The translations under genes and the position numbers were made by a program. This document shows positions 13,446-27,384 of a DNA stretch of 64,000 bases, piece by piece. The number at the start of each line of letters is the position of its first letter. Position 1 is the stretch's first letter. A model generated the notes under the pieces. It did no database searches and had not been told where the DNA came from. It saw only the letters and a program-made list of their open reading frames with translations. Where the stretch lies: contig NOWV01000184.1 in assembly GCA_003344405.1 (NCBI GenBank), forward strand, positions 62,001 through 126,000, in the 5' to 3' direction. Origin of the DNA: Trichoplax sp. H2. Its lineage: Eukaryota.

Positions 13446-16400
13446 TTAGCATCAAACGTTGATCGCAGATAGATCGAAAATAAACTGTAAGGACACAAGG
13501 TACGACGGAGGCGTGGATGTTGGACGACCATTAAGATACAGTGGTTTTGAACCAATCTTTGGTTAATTAACAGTAGAAAACTTAAACCTTGACTGTAAGC
13601 ATCTTTAAAAACTTTTATTCTTAGAGAAATTGAATACTGTGCCGCCTGTGCGTACTGGTACTTCTGACACCGACTTGGAACTCGATTGTTTTGCCTTTCT
13701 TGTTTGGATTGAAGGTAAACTCTTTACTATAGTCAGAACGGTATGATTTAAATTGTTACCAGTATTGAAGCTTAATTCACTCATGGTACTACAAAGTTAT
13801 CATTTGAAGCAATGCGTATGCACTATAAAGTACTTACTTTTTTCTGTAAGTAACTTTTTACCTATTTGGATTTTTCGTTACACGCACGATTGACTTCTTA
13901 TACGTGTAAGATAAGCAGCCGAATCCAACTTTTCGAAACCATCATACTGTACAGTACTGTATAACATACGTAGACACTTTACGATTGATTTATGGCTTCA
14001 ACAATGTTAATTACAACTATAATAATCTTTACAAGCTTAAGGTACAATGTAGATGATTGGACTTCTTGAACTCAAACGCACTGTACAGAAATTATAAATC
14101 ACGATAATTAGCAGAATATTGTTAGAATTACTATGCTCGTTATCCAATTGAACGGAGCAATACAATCATAGATGTCAAACAAGAACTACAGTATACCTTT
14201 GAACCCTAGTACGCCTAACCCATGAAACAACATCATTAAATGTAAGTCAGATCGGTTCTACAGTATTCAGAGTTTGTGAAGCCTGAAATGTTCTGAAATT
14301 GCACTACAGTGTTGTTTTCGTTTTTGCCCTTTGCTACACCTGTAAATTTGGGATCAAGTCGATTCTACTCAAGCGCTGGCATTATACGAGTACAGTAGTA
14401 TACTTTTTACTTTAAAAGAAACTGTATTTTAATACAATTTACGTCCACTCTATACTACGTACAGTACAGTATTGTAACTGTCTCCAACCATTAATCGTCG
14501 TTATTGTACACTAGTGTCATTAATTAGTTATAATTATTGAATTGGCTGTTTTAAACTTCCATTTTTGGCGATATTTAAAGAGGGCATAATAACCCTGATA
14601 TTTATATAATCATTTTATACTTACTGGCTTTAAAAATTTTACTTCAAATGTTGTTTTAAGCGTAACTGTTCGTAATTTAGTTTGACTATCTATCTGAGAT
14701 TACTGGACAGCAATAATCTAATACGAGTATGATACAGAGTAAATGAACACGTTTGCCTCCAATTTCTGTACCCAAATCCCATTCTTCCTATTTCTGGTGC
14801 AGTCATAATATACTTGTAGTTTAAAAATTAATTTTACTGTAATAGTAATCGCTAGATTAATTACCGATATATTCTAAGCCCATCAACTCCCCCTCTCCGA
14901 ACGTAGAGGTAAAGATATTCACGGCATCAGATTTGATCGAACGTGACAATATTATTGACCTATCTAAGCTACGCGTATATTCAGATATCAAGGCACTTGT
15001 GATTCTATTTTTGTTTTTCGCACGGTTTAATTTATCATTAATTTATTGCTATCTTCTGCATGAAGTGTATCAAGATATTTTAAATGTATACTGTATACAC
15101 GTCCTGTTCAAAGTAATCTTGTAGAATTCTTTCACGAGGTAACAAAATACTTAAAGTTATTCAATTTACCACCACGCATAAATCATCGACGGACTACTGA
15201 ATGATCGGTTACAGGGACTTTTACAAGTAGTTTTTAAATCTGCATTTTAGTGCCTTCGCTTAATAAAGCTTATCCGACGCAATTCTCAATTCACCAAAGC
15301 TCTTCACTTTAAACACAAATTGCAGCATTTCTTACGTACAAGCAATGAACTCAGATATGATATCATTGCAGAGCTGAGAACGTTTTAAAATATATATTCT
15401 GAATATGATAGCTAACAGAAACTAGATTGTTGAAATATCTTTCTTCATGCAATATTGATGCAAAGTAGTACTATTTGCTGTACTCCATTGACCATTGTAG
15501 CTTGCGTACATACAGTTAAGTCGCAGGCAACTTACTGCACAGTACATCTTAAGTAGACTCGTGCAGTCACAGTAGAACTGTATTATTTTGGGCTATGATA
15601 TACTGTACATATACAGTATGAAGTACACAATGATGTTTACGCCTATGGTGAAATAAGTATACGTATATATATATACTTATACTTTACTATAGTCATAACC
15701 TAACAGCAATCATCTATCGTCATCCTTTACTGTCAGAATGCCTTGGCAATGGTCATTTATATAAAGTATCTGATTTCAGCAATTCAAGTATATCATGCAG
15801 TCAAGTCTTATTCTGTGGTTAACGCGGATTACTGATTTGAGCATGTATATTGTATTGTACATACTCACGTTTTACTGCTAGACTTCGAACGTTCTTAAAA
15901 TATTGATGAGTTGTAAAAATGTAGATGCAGTTAATTTAAAGGTAAGATTGAATTCTGAAAAAGTGATTTATGGGTAATAACGTGAATTAATGATATTAAC
16001 TGACTATATCTCTCTTAAGAAGATATTTACTATTACTGATGTACTGTACTGCACTTTGCTGGAAAATGAATCTTAAAAATCTCATCCGATCATGACACCT
16101 TTGTTGACTATTTTTGTAATGAGGATAAGTGTTTTTCTGGGTCATGAAGATTTTGTCTCAACGTTCACTGTGCAATACAATACTTGTAAACAGAATAGCA
16201 TATACGTATAATATTGTGTATAGTCTATAACACATATTGTACAATACAACAAATTGTACTGATGAATGAATAAAATAATATGCTAGTACATAGGAATATT
16301 ACATAATCGTATATATCATCTATACGTAAGTCATCGATATTTCAGATTCATGAAAAGTATTCCTGATGTAGTAAAAAATTGTAAATTCAATTTATAGTAC

Positions 16401-19019
16401 TGTACATTTTAACTGAGTCTACATTAGCCCGCATGGCGAAAATAATTTATTATATTATATTTCTTTAATGTCCTTATTTACAGGAAGCGTAGTCTACGCG
16501 TAGATACTGTTATGGTAGCCTGTCCGAAAATGCAGCTAGTTGTAATCATTTTCGTAGAGCCCAAAAAGAAGGGAGAAAGTTGTAGTGAGTAGACACCAGT
16601 CAACAGGCCATTAATGCCGTGATGATTCCCTGGTCACACCACTATAGTACTTTACACTGGATCGCCTTGCACAGTTGGATGCCGTCTTGACAGTTAGTTG
16701 AACCCATCAGGATATGAGATATTATTCAAAGATATTTTACCGTGAAGGAATGTTTATTAGCGGAAAGTAACAGCAGCATCAATAGAATACAACAGTATCT
16801 CGCTAAATATGCGAGATTTTCATCGTGTTGAAATCATAATTTCACGTTGCAAATTAAATTAATGTAAAGTACAGTATATGAGTAAATGACAAATTGTTTG
16901 TGAACGCAGCAGCTGCAGCTTGACTTATAATTATTGAGGCTCACTGTAGGACGCACAGTATGTGATGAGTAGAGTAAGGGTCAACTTTTTAAAATAGCAC
17001 GTAAAAAATGAGATGAAGTAAATGGTAGCCACACAACTACACGTCTCGAGAGGTATATCAAGTGTGAAAGTGCAAGGTATCCATGTCAATTTTGTATTTC
17101 GTAGTAGGCGTGCCGACATTAAGCAATGCAATCATAGTCTGACATATGCCAACGGTCGCTAAATACTTAGTGCTATTAATGTAATCTGAAATAGGGTTGG
17201 TTCATAAACAATCTAAACAAGATTGACTGTAGCAAGCAGTTGAATAGTTTGACATTTTTAAATTATTTTATGGTACATTACCGTCGAAATTGCATTTCAA
17301 CTCAACCACGTACAGTAAGGTACAATATATTATACACAGCTAAAACTATAATCCTTCATATCTAGACTGGATATGATGCAGTACGTGTTGTATGTACTGT
17401 ATACTTAAAATTCAAGAAATGCTATCATTCTCATTCCATGCCTTAACTATCAACTCTCGCAAGCCAGCTTTACACGGCAGTGAATATTTAGTGCACAATA
17501 GTATTGAATAAAACTACTATATCGTAGCAAAAAGATCATTAAAAGATTTTTGATACTCCATGTTAGCACTGCTAATATTGGATACAGAGTATTATTCAGT
17601 ATTTATAAGTTGCAATGTAATATTAAAATTCTTGTATCCATTTCTTTGAAGAATGATTATATGTACTGTACTTGTATTTACATAGTGAGGTACCCTTGGG
17701 AAATTGAAAGCCAATGTCTCCTGTTGTTTGATTGGCTCTTACTAGGACATTCATTTAAATTGAGATGCAATAGTTTTTCATTGATTTATTTAAGTTATTA
17801 TCAATTGTAATTGCTAGTGGTGCATCCGTATTCTCTGCCAGTTCAATATGACATTATCAGCGATTAACGATTCTTAGTCCCAGATTGAGTAGTACTAGGG
17901 ACGTTATCGATAGAGTTGTTCAGTGGTCACGAAACGCACAGTGTACCGAACATTCTACAGAAAGGAAGCTAACATTTCTGTAACCGCAACATATATCGCA
18001 AACCTCCTCGTAACTACATTACATGCCCTAGAAATACAAGAACGAATAGACTGATTTTTTATCCAAATCTCAGAGGTAGGCAGGGCACAACGGTGTATTT
18101 GCTGTTTACGAGAATATTTTTTATCTTGTACACTACTGTTCTACGTACTGTATACTATATATCATCTATTATACATTATACGCTGTATACTGTACTGTAG
18201 AATTCTAGCGGTCATTGCTACATAGACGAAGATATTATTATAATAGTCAATAGTAGTGAAGTACAGTACATCCAGATTTAATTTGCCATTTTCGCTTTAT
18301 GTAATCTGTATATTGTATGCCTGTATAATATACATATATTTTTCCAGTACATTTTAACCCTAAAGTGTACGACGTACTGTATTTAATGTATTAGTTTACA
18401 TAGTTGTATTTTCACGGTGCTTGTAAGGACTTCACATACGGTTCATACAAATTGGTAAGATTTATATTGGTTCCTAGGAGAGATCCCCTATCAAAGTCAT
18501 TACAAGATCATTTCACAAGTTCAAATTGAATAGTACAATGTACGTTAGTCCTCTAAGAAAAAAAGTCGAATAGTACTAACTCTAAATAAATAAATTTACG
18601 TTGCGATATTGTGTAGTGCTTTACCAAATCATTCAGCTATTATAGAATTGAAATATTGTATACTGTACTGTATCCGTTGGCGTGGAGTTGCAAATAAAGT
18701 TGACACACAGGTAGAAAAGTTTGTGTATCAAAACGTATGGTGAATTATGAATTTGTGATTGACTTGGACCGACTTCGTGTACTTGCTATTTTACACTTTA
18801 ATATTAGTACAAAGTTCAGTAACAAAATTCTGGACCGCATCGTTAATGTACCTTGGGAGGCCTATCTAGTGTGCAGGGAATTCTTTTCAACTTTTGATAT
18901 GTATTTTTGACTAGATTGATTTCGAGCTTTGAACGTTTGGAACGCACATACGCTGTCACTAGATCGCACGGCTGTCACGTCTTTTTCAGCCGATCGGCCG
19001 GCAGTGGTTGCCTTTGTGT

Positions 19020-19410
19020 GTACACTGTACAGTATAAATGTCATATATACAGTACAGTACTGTACTACTGTACACTAAATACAGTATCTCAATCCTCATA
19101 ATCCATATACTGTACTGTACTGTATGCTGTGTACTGTACAGTTATGACGGCGTGGTACAGTGAATGGTTCACTTCCTTACAGTACTTCATGAAGTTCGTA
19201 CTGTACTGTAGGCAGCAAGCACACCAGCACTATCCTGTATCGCTCCATCATGTCCTGTACTGAGTCAAGAAAAATTTTTACCCGCTGTCATGCATTCCTT
19301 TGCTGCCCTGAAGTCAAGTTCAGACCGTGGCCAACAAACTTTCAGCACTATGCTACTGTCATACTGTACAGTACAAAGACTAATTGGATTGTACAGTACT
19401 GTACTGAAGC
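19020..19410. repeat. Third dense TACAG/CTGTA cluster, candidate proximal LARP4 promoter
   Basis: agtacagtactgtact (19051-19066), tactgtactgtactgta (~19108-19124), tactgtacagtac (~19362), gtacagtactgtac (~19391). A donor TCG|gtaaga follows at 19602. Confidence 0.7.
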
Positions 19411-21036
19411 CGTGCAGTGTGATCGCTGTCACAGAATTATTACTGGACTGCGGATTCCTGAACTGATTCGAGTTCATCCCTGGTTGCACGATTTGAGGGA
19501 CTCGATTAGCGAGTATTTTTTTCATATTATTTCTTATTAATTAAGATTCAACCGGGTTTACACGCTGATCCATAAGCTATTTCTTAAAGAAATTCTTTTC
19601 GGTAAGACGATATAATTGCTAATAGCTTGACATTGAAAATTGACTACTTTGCAAATTTAACACTGGCAATATTTGACTTTTACCCTACGTGAATTGAAGT
19701 AACCAATATGGTAGGAGAATGCAAGAATATACCTAACATTGAAAGTGAATTTTTGACCTCTGTAGTATTATAAAATGCAGATTGTAAAAAAGCACATAGA
19801 TAGAATGCTATTTTATTTTAGAAAATGCTTTTGATGCCTGCACGATGCTGCAGTGGTTGCAAGTGACCTACAATATGTATAGAAAGGGTTGACCTTGATA
19901 ATCTAACGGAAATTACTGACAAATGCTTATGCAATCGTTCATTGAATCCTTTTGTAATTGTTAATTACTACACATGGATGAGTTAGAGCCATTGACGTGA
20001 TAATTATATCATTAAAAAGCCGATAATCGATGTACAGTTACTGTGATTACGACGCACAGATTATTTGCTAGTCACACCCTCCACCTCCATAGCTTGATCT
20101 ACCATTTTAGTTGAATGATACTTGACAGACGGAAAGGAAATCAGTAAGCATGCTGAAATTGCAAAATGCTCCACTGCCACAAGCTAGAGTACTACTGTAT
20201 GTGGATAACCTTGCATTGTACAGTAGTAACTTCATCGAAGCTTATAACATAGAGGCTTTCATACGACAACGACTTATCAATCACAGCTGTAGTTACTTTT
20301 CTTACGGAGAACCAATGCCGATACCATAAATCAGCAATGCGATAAAGTGCAACCAGGTCTATCGTATAATTCCCTGTAATAGTTGCCTTGATACGATGTC
20401 AATTGCTACCTATTTCCTTTTGTTTTAGATGTGCTTTATCAATTTATGTAAGACTTAAAAGATGCAATATAATTTAAGCCAGTAATAGAAACGCTGTTGA
20501 AGTGATGCCACTTAGTATAGTATCAACTATTAATAATGATATTAATTATGATTAAGCTATCATGTTATGTATTAACTTGCGTTGATTTGAAACACAAAAC
20601 GTACTCCATACGGCGTAGTTACATGTGTTACTGTAACGCTCACAAAGCTATACTTCAGGACAGTCAATTGATGATTGAAAAACTTACAAAATGATAAAAT
20701 TTCTATGTAAATTTTATACAACATTATTGACTTTGAATAGTACAGTACGGTACTGATACTGTATGACATGTAGCATATCAAGAATGCTATACTTGTATAG
20801 CCCTGTTGCTACGTTTATTTGATAGATTTCATGTCATAAAGTTAAGAAATGGCATGACGACTGTACGATAATGCTTGGATTTAGTTCTAAGTTGGTACAG
20901 CAGCATGGTGGAGGGTTCACATTAGATATCATTTTTCTACGGTATCAATATTAATTCATACTTGTACAATTTTTATAGGAAACACTTAGTCAAAACGATT
21001 CGGCTAGCAAATTGGATTTCTAACTGTAATTCCCAA

Positions 21037-24000
21037 ATGCACAAGTAAGTATCATCCATTGAAATTATTTAGATACTCGATGTTATGTCAAATTTTATTC
21101 AAACATGAGAAAAGTAACTACCTCTGATGAATAATGGAATTGTTAGCTAGCGCACTCTAGTTGCAGTGAATCAGTAAATAGAGTGATTACAATATGGGTG
21201 CAAGTCTTATATGTCCTTCTAACCAAATACAACGTAATATAATCCTGATACGAAATACGGATATCTTTTTCAATTTTTGATTACTCAGCGGAACCATATT
21301 GGAAAAGAAAGACTCTAATAACGCAAATCTGGATTGTCCTGTGGCTGTAGCGTTCGAAAACGATTCCACAGGACTTCAAAGCAAAGATGTGTCACCTGAT
21401 AGCGACGTAAACGGTAAGAGCTTCTTATGGTTGATCACGTCATTTTGACAGTTATCTAAAATACCGAAGATTAAGTCGTATAATATGTACCTTCATTAAA
21501 GACGTTACAAATCATGATGATGGTGTCAAGAATGCTATTTCTAAAAGTACTACCGATGACGGCATTAGAATATCCTTAAAGAATGAATTGGAATATTACT
21601 TTTCAAGGTATTGCATAGATTACATTCAAAACAATTTTATACTATCCATGAAGATGTTCCTATGAAATTTGATTTCGCTACAATGCCATAAGAGTAAAGT
21701 GAAATTCTAATATATTTGACATATTTCATGAGTGTATTAATTCGATCATTTATCCTTCCTTATAGGGAAAATGTCGCTTCTGATGCATATTTGCGTAAGT
21801 GTATTGAATGTCATAATATGAGACGTTTTTATTCGGTAATACTTGCTTTTTAATTGATGCTAATCTTACATTGCAGTTTCTCAAATGGATAGCGACCAAT
21901 ACGTGCCAATTAAAACAATAGCTACATTTAATACAATTAAGCAGCTAACATCAGACATAGATCTAATCACTGAAATATTGAAAGACTGCTCTACTGTACA
22001 GCTAGATGAAGACGGTGAGAAAGTCCGACCAGTTACTAATCGATGCACGATCATTCTACGAGAAATTGATAGACGGACGCCAACAGAGGATATAATGAAT
22101 CTATTCTCTGATACGTGTCCTAAACCAATATCATGTGAATTTGCCCACAACAACAGTTGGTACGTTTCCTTTGACAATGATGAAAAGGCGCAGGAAGCCT
22201 TTAATTACATAAGAGAAGTAGTGAAAGAATTTCAAGGCAAACCAATAATGGTAATTTTAACTTATCCATATGCCGGTAAAATGTAAATATATGTTAATTC
22301 ACTACTTGCTCTTATAATTAAGGCTCGAATTAAAGCAAAGCCGATACAGAAACGCGATTTTGGCCCAAAAAACGAATTTAGGCAACTGGTACTATTTGAT
22401 AAATTTTATTACAGCAGTATATTTCATGTATAAATTAATAATGTTGTATTCTACACATCGTAATCACCTAGCCTCCAGAGGTTAATACATATCCACGCCC
22501 AAGGCCTGCTTTTGGGATGGTTCCTTTCAACGGTCATCAGGTAAATATGCCAAGACGAAATCAGAGCTAAATATTTCGAGATTGTGTGACATCTTGACTA
22601 CGCTTGTAAAAGTTGGACATTATTTTTACTTTATGTCACTAGGCTGTTCCTTTCTACAATGTAATGCCTTGGGCCGTGCCTCACTATTACCCAGAACCGG
22701 CAATGGTTATTTGAATATTTTATATTAGTTTAATCGTTTCCTTGTCTTTTTAATAAATTCATCTTCTCCACAATACACAGGGAGGTATACCAATGCAAGC
22801 AGGTTTCCCACCTTTTAAAAGATTTCGTACGTTACCAGCATGTTGTTAATTATAATAATGGAAGCATTTCTGATGTAGATGAATAGTGTACTTATGCAGA
22901 TGTATTTTTCTGCATTAATAGCACCTTCTAATACAATGAAACAAGTATCAAACCCATCAAATCATCGTGGACATTCGGGGTATCTATTAAAAGTGTTATG
23001 AGTTGGTTTGCTTATATTAACCGCTAAATAATGGTACATTAATGTCTTTTATTACACCTTTAGTCATCACAATAAAAATACTTCCAGAAGCGATCGTCAA
23101 AATCGTGAAGAACACCATCGTTCGGCTACTGCTAATGGTACTCTTCCATCGCAGAATGAATCAAATCCAAGTACGTCACGACGTCACACTAATGAACAAG
23201 GGTACGCTTAGAAAAATAACTCCGTAATAGTTGTACAACCGTATATGAGAATACAGTTCACCTTTCAATTTCACTTTTAAAGTAGGAAGACTGGAAAGCA
23301 AAAACGTCGTAGTCATAGTTCAGAAGAAGTAAACTATAAACATGTAAGCAACTATTCTGATAATCGTTCTCATTTACAAGTTGCAAGAGTTTTACGTGAT
23401 GCTTCTTTTTTAAAATCCATTAATCAGAAACCTAACAAAGATGGAACAAATTATTCTAGCAAAAAAGAAAAGGAATATCCCATACAACGTAAAGTAAATT
23501 TGGATTTTGCCTCACATTTTCCACCTTTACCATCAGCCGTAGGAAGTAATACCGCTTCGGTAGGCAACATTGAATTTATGACAAATATTGCTGAATTTAG
23601 CGTTACAAGGTGTTTGTTCGAATTTTGTTTCTTAGCCACCAGTTCGGGAAGTAGACGATACCGATCACCCTAAGTTAGCTGATGTGGTTAAAGGTATTAA
23701 AGACGCGAAGGTAACTGTTTACTTTCTGTGTTCAATCCATATATAACATTTTGCCGTATAATATAACCGGTTGTCCTTTTTATTGAAATTAGAAAATGAA
23801 TCAGCCAAATGCTAAAGAAGCATCGAGAGTATGCTTATCACCATTATCAGATATTTCTATTGCATAATGCCGTTAATTGTACTTTCATTAATTGCATTTA
23901 TAGGATTCAGGCGCCAGTTCTACTAATGTAAATCGGAACAAACCTACGTCGCAAGTATCCTCCAAAAGGTATGCTTACATCTCATGTACTCCTATTGGTG

Positions 24001-24326
24001 CTGGCTACATTTAAGTAATTTTGTCTGTAATTTCGTAGTAAACCGACTGTAAATGCCACAACTCAAAATCATGAATCCCAGGCAAAAGCAAGTACCAGTA
24101 AAGGCAGCGCTAAAAGCTTAGATTCTTCGGTAATAAATATTAATGTCTTAAATATAAGATTTTAATGCATTTTGTGCCAGCTTTTCTTACTAACATGATA
24201 TTTGTACCTTTACCACGCAATTTACAGAAGCACGAAGAAAAGCCCACAAATCCAAAATTAAGCTACGCCGAAATGGCACAAAAATCAAATAAAAAAGCTT
24301 CAAAATCTGAAAATACTGAAAGATAA
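21037..24326 (+). CDS. LARP4: La-related protein 4/4B (La motif + RRM), 18 coding exons, ~546 aa; start codon tentative
   Basis: Exons 21037-21044, 21289-21413, 21502-21607, 21766-21794, 21877-22250, 22323-22388, 22472-22540, 22643-22705, 22781-22826, 22922-22979, 23064-23201, 23283-23343, 23428-23559, 23636-23710, 23793-23828, 23904-23968, 24039-24129, 24228-24326; total 1641 nt in frame. La module [28 protein letters not shown]...RCTIILREI...CEFAHNNSWY...FQGKPIMARIKAK; C-terminal LARP4 motifs HFPPLP, LADVVKG, KLSYAEMAQK. Confidence 0.92.
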
Positions 24327-26474
24327 AGGTTATTGGCTGGGATTCGACTACTTTATACTGTTTGTTCGAATAGGTCTAAAAATTGGTTGACAGTTAACCA
24401 ATAATAAATGTTTGGTTAACCGAGAAGTTATTTATACGCTGGTATAAATGCGTGCTAAGCATGCTAAATCAGCCATAATTTTTATTGAAGCTTTAACAAG
24501 ATTGTTAGGCTTATCCATACTTGTGAGGTTTGTACGACGTACTATTTTTCCAAAGTACTGCAGTATATAATGTAGAAATTAGACGACGTGGTAACAACGT
24601 ACTATACAATGCACATTTATGCAATGATTATATACCACCTATGGACTGAAACGAAGTAACACCTGGTGAAATGATAATCCGACCAAGGGGTAGTTAATTT
24701 GAATTGGCTACGAGTAGCATTATTGTTCTAATTATTATTATTATGTAAGCTTTTGAGCATATTAATTATGGACTAATTTGCGCTGCGAATCATGTCAAAA
24801 GGGACAATTACTTATTAAAGCGCTGCCAGCTCTGTCAGACGCAACTATCTTATCGAGAAATAGTGAAGCGAATTGCACAGTTTATATCATCGTTTCGTAT
24901 GGATGTACAGTACATATAGATAACGAAAAGTAAAAAATTTTTAGTTCGCTACATTGAATATTTACCGCTTTTGAAGTAGCGAAATTTTATAGTGCAAATT
25001 ATTCCATTGCTTTACATTCTTGTAATCAATGTCTACCCATCGTTAGATGATTTCAATAACTAGTTATAGGTGCTAATTGAATTCATTATATTGAAATTTT
25101 GTTATTATGTGTGCATTAATTTGTGCTAGATCTTATACGATGAGTGGACTGAGTTTTAGCTGCATTTATAAATCAATTCTTCATTACTATCTCGACTTGA
25201 AATAGAATAGTGAATGATGATAATTTTGAATTTACTCATCTACACTAATTCTGTATTTTAATAGTTCTGCGGCTCTTACGCTAAGGTTATATACGTATCC
25301 ATAGATGCTAAAATGTCGGTTTTAATTTTAATATATTTTGTAACCTACTCTAGTTATAAGTATGTACTCGTATAAGAGTAGATTTGAATACAATCCTCTA
25401 TTTATAGTACAGTACTGTAACATGGTATTAATCACCGTATTCTATATGTAAATTTATGAAATGTGACGACAGAATATTAAAATCACAACTCACGTATGGA
25501 CAGTATGGTATTCTCATGATAAATGTTGTATACGATTTTACGCAGGAAATCATGTATTGATAAGAAAAACGTTATTTTATGAATTGCTAATAATTTGCTG
25601 ATTTTACTTCGCTTTAAGCCTCTTCGTCTTGTACCAACAACACCTTTTTTGTTACTTTCTTAATAAGCTTAATGCCTTGTTTTCGATTGCGTAGTTAGTA
25701 CTACGGCTATGATGCAATAATTGCAAGTTTTGCCTGTACATAGTTGCAGATTATGGTTATAATCCTTACGAATTATCTATTCTCTATGGTCTTGATTGGC
25801 ACAATAAAAGTTAACATTTTCAGTGAGTTTAATACATATTAATGCATATTTTGCAGGCATGTCAGGTATTAATATGTCATCTCAATAGACATGGGTAAGG
25901 TTTGATATGATTAAAATATTTTTATTTAAAATTAAATGCAACATACTCGTATAAAGCACCTTCAGTTTGACGTTACATAAATTCCATGCAGTTCGATACA
26001 TGAGATAAATGTATACTGTACTTAAAGATGAATTTTTATACTGACAATGATGTAAATCGCTTTGTTCTTTACGCCTACATGAGCACCATAGAAAAGTTTG
26101 TTGATATTTGATCAGTTCTCCAGCTTCCTCAGTACAGTTGTAACATTAAATTTAGCCTTGATTTTATTAGCCTGATACCACGACTAATTAAGGATTTCTT
26201 TCTGTGCTCCGTGCATGCGCAAACTAGAACGAAAAAAAACCTTTCTTATAGCCCATAATTGTAGTAATTTTGGTAAATTGACTATATAAAAACATCCTAA
26301 TATTGATCGCAGTGGGCTACCTTCGCTGAAGGTTAAGCGCATTTAAATCTATACTGGCAACTGAAAAAGTTGTCAAGTTAAAACTCTTATTTCGGTTTCG
26401 ACGCATGAAATGCAGTCCGGCCTGGATTTTTTCTACTCTTTGATTAATCAATTTCTTTAGTAGCATAACTAGTA

Positions 26475-27384
26475 ATGGCGGAGAAATTGGCTTTCGATAA
26501 GTATTTTCCCTCTTGGGTTTTGATTTATACCATCATGCTTTCATAATTGTGTAGCCAAGTAAATTTTTGTTTGGTTATGAAGATGATTAATGCAGCAGCC
26601 AGTAGTAATGTAGTGTGGTATACGAGAGGAGTTATGATAATCCTGGAGTTACGGAGCACACCGTTAGTATTGAAAAGGCTCTAAAATTTCGTAAGAGCGA
26701 TGGTAATTAGTTTAATGAATTATGGAGCATAAGTCGATACTGTAAATTCAGGAATGCCCAAATACTGATCTGAGCTTAGTGTATAATACAATAAAGGGAT
26801 CTTACACCCTTTAGTTAAGCCAACGAATTAACTACAAATGACACGATGAAAATCTATTTAAGCTACTACTTCGAATGATAGCAGTTCAGTGTATTCTCAA
26901 AAGATTCGGATTTGGTTTAGGCTGATTAGAGAAACCTCTTTGATTGCTACACTTTAGAAAGTACTGTTTCTATTGCTACTGCGTAATTTTTTTGTTAACT
27001 GTAAATAACTTTTTTGTTTCCCCACTCAATCCGGACCGTTATCATTATCTATGGATACTATTAGATAAGAGTATAAAGGCTTTCTTAGAAACTGTTAATA
27101 GCTCATTAAATAATGAATCAGAAAATAACTTTAACGAGCACTTTGATGTTATCGACGAGTTCGTAATTAAGGCAAATAAAGTGACATTAAAGTCCGGTAA
27201 TAATGGAAGAGATAGGTTTCATAAAAGTGCCTTCTTAAATTCAAACGATTACACGATGACTAAAGATGACAAACTGCGATGTAGGTCAGCGATAGAGGTA
27301 CACGTTGAAGGGTGTGATAATTGTAATTTGAGGAGGGCCACTAGGAAAATCTACATTAATTTCGATGACGTAATGTTAGAATAA
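26475..27384 (+). CDS. Uncharacterised 144-aa protein, 3 coding exons
   Basis: Exons 26475-26500, 26614-26702, 27065-27384; GT-AG, phase-consistent, total 435 nt. In-frame TAA just upstream of the ATG. The last exon is the hydrophilic part of track ORF 26944-27384. No family recognised. Confidence 0.6.

Noticed and set aside
16619-16700. Box C-like GTGATGA suggesting a C/D snoRNA
   Set aside because: No properly placed CTGA box D or terminal stem.
12370-19410. Repeat clusters as a CRISPR array or telomeric repeat
   Set aside because: Units are 5-bp microsatellite-like in both orientations, with no constant 25-40 bp repeat and unique spacers; the context is eukaryotic and interstitial.
18862-19540. 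Overlapping track ORFs (18862-19044, 18907-19101, 19250-19540, 19265-19525)
   Set aside because: They arise from the stop-poor TACAG repeats and locally higher GC (YSTV/YCT-type peptides); no domain or splice-consistent model.
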